A DNA stretch of 64,000 nt from Trichoplax adhaerens (taxonomy: Eukaryota > Animalia > Placozoa), in assembly GCF_000150275.1 (NCBI RefSeq), contig NW_002060972.1, positions 314,500 through 378,499 on the forward strand, written 5' to 3'. The notes under the pieces are model-generated. The model ran no database searches. It saw only the letters and a list, made by a program, of their open reading frames with translations, and was not told where the DNA came from. A program made the position numbers and the translations under genes. This document shows, piece after piece, positions 12,534 through 24,500 of this stretch. Position 1 is the stretch's first letter; each line of letters begins with the position of its first letter.

Positions 12534-15500
12534 ATGGTCATCGTTGCCAAGGTAAAGCATCATGATTGAATATATTGGATTGTCATGGCTTGGCTAAGAA
12601 TCATCGATTGAAAAAAAGCAGATGATGACGGCCATAGCTTAGTCATCCCTTCACTTTTTTCTTGATATGTATCCATTGCCGTGTGGTGGATGGAAAGGAG
12701 GATATAGATTGAAAACATGTTTTGCCATTGCCATACTGTAACAAAATATTTTCCTCTTTCTTCTCCTCTCTTGTAGGGAGACCACGTTTGGTTGGATCAG
12801 CAAAAAGGTGGCGAATTCGATTTGCCCATCGCTGGTGTAGTAACCTTTTCTGAGAAAGGAGAAATTGTAGTTATCGACGACGATGGAAAGGTAACATGGT
12901 TTGATTGCTCAATTGGATAGAGAAGAGTGTTTAATTTGATAGGGTTAGGGTTCGATGACGCTTATATTATGTTGTAGAGAGTGAACTTATTTACATGATG
13001 GAAAGAATAAGCTATTTACTCTTGATGTTGGTTAACTTCCATTGTGGTGATGGATGATCATAGATTGAGAAAATCAACTCAATATCGTACTTCAATTGAC
13101 TAAGGACAAAATAGAGAATGTAGCTTTAACAAACGTTAATGTTATAGCACGGTAACAGAAGGGAAAATTAGTTTCTACTTGAAGCAGTTAAGGACAAAAT
13201 ATACAATAGTGCCTTGACATAAATGAACGTTATAGAAGGATAATGGAAGAAAAAAATCAACATAGTGTCCTATTTAATTGTCATTAATTAAAGATAAAAT
13301 ACAACATTACTTTTGACACAAGTTGACGTTGTGTAGTAACAAGGAAAGGGGAAGAATCCACTTCATGCCGTTCTTCAAATGATCATTAATCCAGGATAAA
13401 ATATCAAATACAGTCTTGACATAAGTTTACGGTATGCAATGATAATGGAAGGGGAAATCAACTCAAGATTGTAGTTTAAGTCGTTAAGGGATCAATGCAA
13501 AATATAGTCTTGATAAACGTAATGAAAGAAGAAAATCCACTCAATGCCGTACATGAAATGATAATTAATTAATTTATCAATTATAGTTTTGACATAAGTT
13601 TACGGTATACAATGATAATGGAAGGGGAAATCAATTCAAGATTTTGCAGCTTAAGTCGTTAAGGATCAATGCAAGGCGCAGTCTTGATGTAAGTTAATGT
13701 AATGAAATAATAAGGAAAGAAGAAAATCAACTCAATGCCCTATTTGGATTATAGAATCAATTAAGGATAAAAATACAAATTATAGTCTTAAATTAAGTTA
13801 ATGCTAGGTAATGATAATGATAGAATAGAAGGTAATAATCAACCCAGGATCAATACAAAATGTAGCCTTGACGTAAATTAACGTTCAGTAATGCTAAGGA
13901 AAGATAATGATCAACTCAATACCGTATTTTGATTGGAATTGATTCATGAAGGTAAAAAAAGCAAATGTAACCTTGACATAAGTTTACATTATGCAATGAT
14001 CAGGAGAGAGGAAAATCAACTCAATGCCATATTTGAATTTGAATTCATTTTGGAGAAAAAATACAACATGTAGCCTTGATATAACTTAACGTTATGCTAT
14101 GATAATGCAAGGAGAAATCAACTGCCTACCATATTTTACTGGAGGATAAAATACAGATTGTAGCCATGGCATGAATGAACGTTATGAATCATGATGATAA
14201 AGTTAAACCAGTTCATTTCGATGTTATAAAGATACGAAACGAGTAGGTCTTGATATTACTTACGGTTAAGGGATAGCCAACGCATGTGTCTATCTATAAT
14301 GATGGTATAGCAAAACCAGTTTATTTCCATAGTTCACGAATATAAAATGAGTTGATCTGGAGTTTACTTTAATGGAAAGGAATCAAATATATTGAATGAA
14401 GGATGAAATGCTAAAAGTGTAGCCTGACATGAGTTAGCATTTTACAGGATGATAGAAAAGAGATATAGGCTCAATTGAAGTAGACAAGAAGAGGTGATCT
14501 TTATTTAACTCATGAATTAGTTATAACTGTACTTATGCTAGATTATGCTAGATTAGACAAGTGAAAATCAAACTCATTTGAATGGCTGTACTGATAAAAT
14601 AGTTGGTCCTTAAAGGAATTAAAGTTACGATTATCGATGATGGAAAGTAAAACTGATTTCATATGACGTAGTTTCGGAATCATATCCTTAGCTTTTGCCT
14701 TAGTTAACGTTCGTTGCGATTATTAAAGATTCTGGAGAATAAAATCCGATTAGTGGCATGTTTTTAGCATAGAATATTGAATTAGTCTTTTTAACAATTG
14801 CTAACCGATATCCGATCGCTGGTAATGGAAAAGAAACGCCAGTTTCTTTACATGCTGGAAGGATAAAATAGTTAACCTTAACATTCATCATATCTATTTC
14901 TAATCTATCTAATCATGATAGTACTACTTCACATAAAAGTAAATTTAAATGTAAAACCATCGAGCTTTAACTTAATCGACTCTTCTGCATCATGAAAATA
15001 GCCGTTGCACAAATCCTACAAATAGTAATCCATCTTCATGCACATTGTAAACTATCTCCAGCCTTGATGATATTTCTTACCATGAGTGATTACTTTGGAT
15101 GTAACTACTACAACAAATTCTTATCCATTTTCTGATTTATCACGTTGAAATGATGCTTAGTGTAGCCTAGAAAAAATGGCTAGGCTTTTAGCTAGCTTGC
15201 ATCTATTGCAGAAATATTATTTGGTAAATCGTTATGCTTTTAGCCATCTTGTGTCCCTTTCTGAAGTATTTAGTGTTAAAATCGTTCCTTAGCTTGCATC
15301 CATTTCTACCATTTTACATCCATGATCGATTACTAGCGTTAAGGATTTTGCCTTTAAGATATTAAAAATATCCAAGTAGCATTGTTTAATCTTCTTCCAT
15401 TTTCATGTGTTTGTAATAGTATTCGATTGAACAATATTCTAGAAGACATTAATCAATGTTACTGAATCTTACTTACTCAATATTATACGCCTATGACAGA

Positions 15501-18500
15501 CTGTTAATTTGTCAACCAAAAATCTAATTTGACAGGCGATATGGTAGCATTTTATTCTGTGTTATATAGAGATACAATTACATTTTGTTTTGTGCAATGT
15601 CGACAACGCTTTCTGTTGACTTTGACATCTATTTTGTCACTTTTGATGTTTAGTACATAAGAAAATAGTCCATACTTTAAGTAATGAGATATTGATCCAC
15701 ATACTCAACACCAACGCTTTGTTATATAGTAATTTACAAAAAAAATGGGATTATACGATATTGCTGTTATTGATCATGAATGCAGTTTAGGTTAAGCTAT
15801 AATTTTTTTCACAGTTTGTTATTTTAGATATAGAAATTTGAAAGAAAGTTGCGAAATTTGAACAGATTATTATTACACTATTGTCTATCAAATATGAAGT
15901 GCTTCAATTATATTCAAATTTGCTACTTAATTAACTACTGAAGTATAGTCTAGAATACTAAATAGTTGAACAATTGTAATACATTCAGGTCCATCAGCGC
16001 ATTTGGATCTTTTTATTGCAGTATTAGACGTCTAGGATAAGCAGTAGCAAGTAGTACTCTCACATATTTTACTTCCAAATTGTCATTGGCAATGTCTTTA
16101 TTTAAGAATTCTTTCTACTTCACCAACTACTCTACTGTAATAGTACAAAAGAGTTGTTTACAAACAGGAAGTAATCTTCACTAGGTTGGTGCACAGTTTT
16201 ATAAATTGTCAACTTTGGTGGGCAATGTTAGAATTGATTACTTTTCCGACCACGAGTACTAACTACTACTAGTATGCCAAGACTGCATATTAAAATCAAA
16301 ACTTCCACTATTTCATCATTCAATCAAATTATTGATCACATCAGAGCCCAATATACAATAGTTAAATTGAAACAAAGGCGCTAGATAGTTCATCTTCAAC
16401 TAGCTAGAGTGACAAACTTGTAATTCTTAATCTTTAATCTAACATAAATGTGCAAGGAAAGCGGTTATACTAAGGGTATTTCAATATCATATCGTTGAAG
16501 CTATTTGACTGCCAATGTTATCAATAGGAACATCCTGTATCGAAAGCCAAATCCGACAAAGTTATTAAGATTATGCACCCAACTAGTATTCAGGGTGTTG
16601 AGGATATGGTAAGTATATTATTAAATTACATAGGCAGACTTAGAATTTAATTTCGATTTTAAGGCAGATTTGTATCATCAGACTTGATGCTGTAAGACTG
16701 TTGTATCATCTATTAGATTGATTGCATGTTATTGTAGATAACGCAATAGAAAATGCTTATTAAACTTAATGGTGACTAAATTTATTATCATTGGCATATA
16801 GGTTAATCTAGACGACCTGCAAGAGTCTAGTATATTGCATAATCTTCAATTAAGATTCGATAACAATGATATCTATGTAAGTATCTATCATGTTGTATGA
16901 TAGAGCATAAAATTTGTGAAAGAAAATTGACAGTATGTCAAATCTAGTGAATTAGCGTAAAGCTACACTATACTAGGTGATAGTTAATAATTAGATCAGA
17001 TAGAAAATGGATAAATCCGCTATCTTTCTTCTGTACCTGTATCTCTTACCAAGACAAAGAAATTGACCGTGCATGTGCTTACACAACTGATGGTCTTGTT
17101 TATTGTATCGTCCTAGACCTATATTGGAACTATTCTTGTTGCCGTCAATCCGTATGAACCACAATCTATTTACACTGCCGAATATATCCAAAAATATCAA
17201 GATCAACCTTTTGGAGATTTACCTCCACATATCTATGCTGTGACTAATCATGTTTATAATACAATGAAAATAGAACATGCCGATCAGTGCTTAATTATCA
17301 GGTAAAATTACTTTCAATTCCTTATTGATGAAATTAACTTCGTACGTTATTTGTAAATCGCAATTCACCGTATTGATTGCAATTAATAATATAATATTGA
17401 CCTGCATTAGCGGCGAATCTGGAGCTGGCAAGACAGAGTCTGCAAAGTTGGTTCTGCAATATTTGGCTACTATTAGTGGTAAAAATTCTTCCGTCGAACA
17501 GCAAATTTTAGAAGCAAATCCAATCCTTGAAGGTAACCATGATCATTTGCAGTTATGTATGAAGTGATCTATGTCATTGCTTGTACTTATTAAATTACCC
17601 TTTCCAATCTTTGTATAGCATTTGGTAATGCTAAAACTATTCGTAACGATAACTCAAGTCGTTTCGGAAAGTACACCGAAATAAATTTCAACGATTACGG
17701 AATAATCGAAGGTGCTCATGTTGAGCAATATCTACTGGAAAAATCAAGGATTGTAAATCAGGTAAAAGCTTATATCAAGGGTTCTCATGGCATAAATAAG
17801 CACTCTCTGCTCATATACACATACATCAATTTAAGTGCTTTATCTCTGGAATAGCAATATACAGACTACATTACAGGGGTATTTTAGCTCGCTATAGGCT
17901 TAGTCAAATATTAAAATAATTAAATATTTCTATATTGATTATTTTAGATGAAGGATGAACGGAACTATCATATCTTTTATCGAATGCTTGCTGGCCTTCC
18001 AAGTAGCGAAAAAGCGAGGCTTCAACTTACAAAAGCGACAGATTATTATTATCTTACTAGGGTAAACATTCGTCCAGTATCTGTGAACGAAAGGATGTTG
18101 CTGCTGCTTAAAAAGATATTATTCTCACTTTAGTACTACGGTATCAGTAGCTGACCGCTTTAACCCTCGTTTTACTTTTAGGGTAATTGCACTATTTGTC
18201 AAGATGGAGATGAAAAAGAACTATTTAATCATATCAATAATGCAATGGAGGTACATTCTATGAAATGATTGGTACATTTTTTAATGTTGTTAAAATCATT
18301 AATACAGAGTAAAGGCTCTAGTACTAACTTCATGCTCTCATTGTATTGACCACTGTTTAGGTCTTAAATTTTAATACCGACGAAATTAAATCTATATTCC
18401 AAGTTCTATCTGGGATTCTTAATCTAGGAAACATTCAATTCTCAGGCAATTTATAAATGCTTGTAATGTTGAATTAACAATACATAAAATAAAATAATCT

Positions 18501-21500
18501 CCTTAAGTTTCATTCCCAACTAATTGTAATATGTTATTTACTATATTAGAAATGATTATTGAACATTTAGAAGCCTGCGAAGTCAGTAATCCCAAACAAG
18601 TAAAGATGGCATCAACTCTGTTTCAGGTTATCAAGCTAATTTTCTATCTTAACCAAATTTTTACTATTGAACAATTAACTTTATTTTAATTATGCATTTT
18701 ACACTGTAGATCATGTTGCTAAAGAAACATTGCTAATATTTAAAAATTTCATGCTCTATTTTTCATTTGATAAAGGTTAGGGCCAGTGATTTATCGGAAG
18801 TGTTAACTAATAGAACCACCCTCACGGGAGGAGAAAAAATATATTCACCGGTTGAGTTATCAAAAGCTATCAATATCAGAGATGCGTTGGCCAAAGGAAT
18901 TTATAGCAGATTATTCGTTTGGATTGTCAATAAAATCAATCATTCTATCTATAAATTTTTGGTAAGAATACATAGCAATTTGTACGATGTATACGAGCAC
19001 ATGTGTCTCAATTCCAAAGAAGCATAACTGCAAGTATTGTATAGCTGCTCTTAATGAAAAGCTCGCCTTTCAATCCTTACATAGACTAATAAAGCGCATC
19101 ATCGCACTTCTATCGGAGTTCTTGATATATTCGGATTTGAAAAACTCGAAACTAATAGGTTTGTGATCAAAGTATTACACACTAGGGTGCAAAAGATGTA
19201 TTTCTTTATCACTATAATTCCTTCTCTGTCTACCTCAGCTTCGAACAATTGTGTATCAACTTTGCGAATGAAAGCCTACAGCAATATTTTGTAAAATATA
19301 TTTTTAAGCTTGAGCAGGTAAAACTACCTGATAATTTATGATATATAAGAGTTTTCAATGTCATTAAATTGTCATCTCTAATGATACAGTCAGAATATAC
19401 GAAAGAAGGCATAAATTGGCAGGGAATTAAATTCACAGATAATCAAAACATTCTTGATATGATTGCCTATAAACAAATGAACATTATATCGATTATTGAT
19501 GAAGAAAGTCGTTTTCCCAGAGTAAGAATGCCAATACACTAGCTTATCTACAACTGATTTATGCGTTTATAACTTGTAACTTTAATCGAATAGCTATCCT
19601 ATTGAAAATGTCTCTATGGTTTACTCTAGGGTACAGATAGTACAATGCTATCAAAGTTACATCAACATCACGCTAAGAACTCAGCTTACGTGAAGCCTAA
19701 ATCTCAAATGGAGGCTAACTTTGGAATCCGCCATTACGCTGGTGTAGTGAAATATCAGAGTAGAGGTACAGCAACATTAATACTGAAATAATTTTGATTG
19801 CGTTCGCATAATGGATAGATGCAAGTCTTGAAATAATGCCATACTCAACATGATGTCATTAACTATTCTAAAATATTTTCTGATCTATAGAAATGTTGGA
19901 AAAGAATCGTGACACATTTGGTGGTGATTTATTAGAGGTCGTAAAATCGAGTGGCTTAGTGCTGTTACGAGAACTATTCGAGAAAGATCTGGCACAAGAA
20001 TCACGTAAAATGCCATTAACTGTTGGTATTCAGTTTAAGAAATCACTCGACTCTTTATTGAGAACATTAGGCGATTGTCAGCCCATGTTTATAAGATGTA
20101 TAAAACCGAACAATGGGAAGCAACCAAAAGTATTTGATAGATTAGTTTGCACTCGACAGCTTAGATATTCTGGAATGATGGAGACAATTAAAATTCGTGT
20201 CGCTGGATATCCAGTTAGACACTTGTATACAGACTTTATCAAACGTTATGGCATACTCGATTCCAAGCTTCCCCACATTAACAAAATAAAAAGTGCAAAG
20301 GATGCTTCATCCCGTATTATGGCTAAAATAAATGTAAAGTCTGGCTATCAATTGGGAAAAACAAAATTATTCTTGAAAGATAATGTTCAAGAATCATTAG
20401 AAAAGGCCCGTGAAGAATCTTTACACAAATCTGTGATAACTATCCAGAAAACTTATCGCGGCTACCTGTGTCGTAGTAGCTACATAGAACTGAGAAATGC
20501 AGTTATAGTTATTCAAAAAAATTGGAAGGCTAAGACTACAAGAGAGAAATATATTAAAGTACATGTGTATATTTCATTTAGATCATTGCTAAACTGGACT
20601 ACTTTATAACTTGATTAACGATAAATATCGTCGGAGAATTTAATTAATATGATAATATTCTGTTTTAGATGAGTACTGGCTTTACTCGACTACAGGCTAT
20701 CATAACAAGCAACCGAATAGCAAATGACTATAAGGCAAAGAGAAATATTATTTGTCGGTTACAGGTACATGAAATAAAATCAAAGTGATATTACGTCTTG
20801 CCTATCAGCTATAAATTGATGATTAGTTAATTGATACACATTATTTTCTCATACGTATACTTTTTCTCACAGCCTCACCTGAGAGGTTATCTTGTTAGGC
20901 AAGATTTCAAAATAAAAAAAGCTAGTGTTATAAGGATTCAATCTATGATTAGAATGATGATTGCAAGGAAATTATATCGCCAGGCTATTGAACAAGTATG
21001 CAGAATTTATACTTTTATATTTTGTAATCGTTTGCTGAAACAGCATTTAATCGATTCCAGAAACGACGACGTGAAGAGATTGAACAAATACGAATTTCAG
21101 AGGAAAAGAAACTCGCCAAAAAAATGGACAAGGAAAAAGCTCGTAAACAAGCGGAAGTGCTTCAACAGGTTTGCATCTGTAAAGTTACGAAAAAAAAATC
21201 TATTTTGAAAGCATCTTTCTATGCAATGTGACCATCTTAATGTCAGCCTTGTTGTATCGTATCTTAGCCATTCTATAGCTGAAAACGCTGACAGTAATAA
21301 AATGCAAAATATTTTACTATCTCAACAATTGTAGCTGAATATATTGTGACTTTATCAGTAACCTAATCTTATAATATGGATATTCTTTTACATTAGCAAC
21401 GCCTTCAAGAAATTGAGAAAGCAAAACAAGATAATGAAGAAAGAGAACGTCGGGAATTTCAAGAGAAACAAATTAGAATAGAACTAGCTAAGAGTAAAGC

Positions 21501-24500
21501 AGATGAAGAAGTTGATCATTCACAAGTGGTTCGAACTAACTTACCAATATACTTCTATAACTGTAACCTGTTATTATTACCACTTATTTGAATACGAATT
21601 AATTAATTGCATTTAAATAATCAATTAGGTGGATCAAATGTTTGACTTCCTTCCACCTGATGATGAGAAAACTGAATCTACACCGGTTCATTTTTCATTT
21701 TATGATTTAATATCGCCGTAACAATGAAGCTGAAACTATTTTGCATATCTAATCCGCATGTAATACTGCTTTTTTTATATATAGGATTTGTCCGAAACTA
21801 CTAAAGATGTTCGAAATAGCATTAGAAAAAGCAGCTCCACAACTGTATGTACTCTTATTTGAATTGATTACTATGCTGCAATATTATGACAGTGTCTTGC
21901 ACAAGATTGCCAGTGTTACATGCCACGGAACTGTAGTTGATTTATTACAAAATAATTTTTGACTGTTGCTAGATGGAAGATAATATTTCAAACTACCAGT
22001 TTTCAAAGTTTGCGGCTACTTACTTTGTCGGCGATGCTACCGGTGTCATTCTGCGAAAGCCTATCAAGCGGCCATTACTCGACTTAGTAAATGAACAAGA
22101 TAGAGCCGTAAGTAGAACATTATCCTGCAATGTCGTTAACTAAATAAATAACTGCAGCAACGATTGCGAAATTCTAACAATACATATGCATATATATTTT
22201 CAATGACTTTATTTGCTTACTTGAGCAATTTAAAAATGCAAACTCTGCATGACGTCCTAACAGTACCACTATTTTCTTAAGATTGCCTTGTCGATATGGA
22301 TTGCAATATTAAGATTCATGGGAGACCTTCCAGAGCCAAAAGCCGCAGCTCAGCCATCACCGTTGCAGGTATGTGCAATAATGTTTTACTTGCTACTTTA
22401 TAGTGATGAATGTTAATGCCGAAATTTTCTTTACCCTTTTGAATTATTAGCCTCAACAGCAAATTGACGACACGGATGCCCCTGAAGCTTCCTTATCTAT
22501 AATTCATAAACTGTATAACAAGACAATAGGACGTAAAGCCTCAAAGCATAAGAAATTTTTTGAATCTCAAAGCGGTGACTCTGTTAAAAGTGGTCGTTCG
22601 GTAATACTAATTATGCATCCTACACGTGTATGAGTACTGAAGCTGTTGTTACCTTAATTTAAGATGATAGATAGAGATAAAAATTATGCCCTAACATTTA
22701 AATTTCGTATTGTAGTTGAATTATAGCGAAATACTTGCAATTTTCGGATATCGGTAATGCGCCAGGTTATAACTTCCATGTTTTGCTTTACATTTAGGGT
22801 AGTTATGGTAAATCGGTTTTAAAATATTTCTCAATATCTCAAAGAAAGAAGAGCAAACATAGGGTATAAACGCATTGCATGCTCAATTATGATATATTAC
22901 AATTAATAATTAAGTTCTTAATCACTTTCTTCCATTCTTTAATATTTAACAATACCAGACTGAAATCAGTAGCATAACAAAGCAGGGTAAAGAGGAAGAA
23001 CTAGATGCCACTATAAAAGAGGCTGCAGGTTTTTTGCAAAAGCATACCACCAATCTAGAGAAAATACGATTTATCATAGGCCATGGTATTCAAAGAAAGG
23101 ATCTTCGGTATTGCCTAAATTAATAACTTTTAGCAACCGTCAGATTTTATATTTGCAAGATACTGACGCGAACTAAAAACCTACATTGTAGAGATGAGAT
23201 TTATTGCCAACTATGCAAGCAACTTACCGAGAATCATTTAAAATCAAGTTATGCGCGTGGATGGATATTGATGTCATTGTGTTTGGGATGTTTTACTCCT
23301 AGTAGTAAAGTTAGCTTTAGGACATGTTGTAATCAATAAAAATCATTGTAGCTTTAAAGTGTCTGTAAGGACTAATAACGATATGTATTTATTAGTTGGA
23401 AAAATATTTGGTGTGTTTCATCCGTGAAGGCCCAGCTGGATACGCTCCTTACTGCGAAGAACGTCTGAACCGAACGTATGCAAATGGTGCACGACAGCAG
23501 CCTCCTTGTTGGTTAGAATTACAGGTGACAGCATTGCCTCTATAGATTATTTTGATAACCCTCCAATTTTATGTTGCAATCTACGTCAAAATGTAATACA
23601 GATTCCTTATACGTGTATTATAGGCTACAAAATTAAAAGAGCCGATCAATATTCCATTAACCTTCATGGATGGAACTAATACAACAGCAACGGCCGATTC
23701 AGCAACCACGGCAAAAGAATTATGTGCACAACTTGCTCAAAAGAAATCTATGAAAGAAACATTCGGCTTTTCTTTATATATTGCATTACATGATAAAGTA
23801 ACTAGTACTGCTAAAGTTAAAAATTGTAAAGTGAAATATGTTACAAAATCAAAATTCGAAATTAATGGTAATTGATGTTGCAATTCACAATAGGTATCCT
23901 GTTTAGGGAGTGGAGATGACCACGTTATGGATGCAGTTGCTCAGTGTGAAGTATACGCTAGAGAGCAAGGATATCCTGAACGCCATACTCCTTGGCGTAT
24001 GTTCTTTCGTAAGGAAATATTCGCGCCTTGGCAAAACGGTACTAATGATCCAGTTAGTACCAATCTTATATATTATCAGATCATTCGCGGAGTTCAACAT
24101 GGAGAATACAAATGTGACAAGGTTTGTGAGATAGACTTCATTTCTGGATATTTATCGTAATACGCCGTGTATTTAAAAGCTACTGACCAGATTATGTTCT
24201 CCATTGTTTCTCTTAACCTGTGCTTTTATATGTTTCAATAGGATGAAGAATTAGCTGAAATTGCTGCTCAGCAATATTATATTGAGTATGGAGGACATCT
24301 AAAGAAAGATAAATTGTGCGAAATGTTGGATAATTATATTCCAAAATCTTCGTTGCAAGGAACTAAGCAATCGAAAGTAATCGATAAGTGGGCAATGATG
24401 GTTTCAAATTCTTTTAAAAAGGTAATTTAGGATCTCTAACTCATTTTGCCAATTTTCTACGTACTGTAAGAAGTAAAACCAAATCCTGACCCTAAACTGA

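Noticed and set aside
12939-12950. TAGGGTTAGGG telomere-like sequence
   Set aside because: Fewer than two units; compatible with chance.
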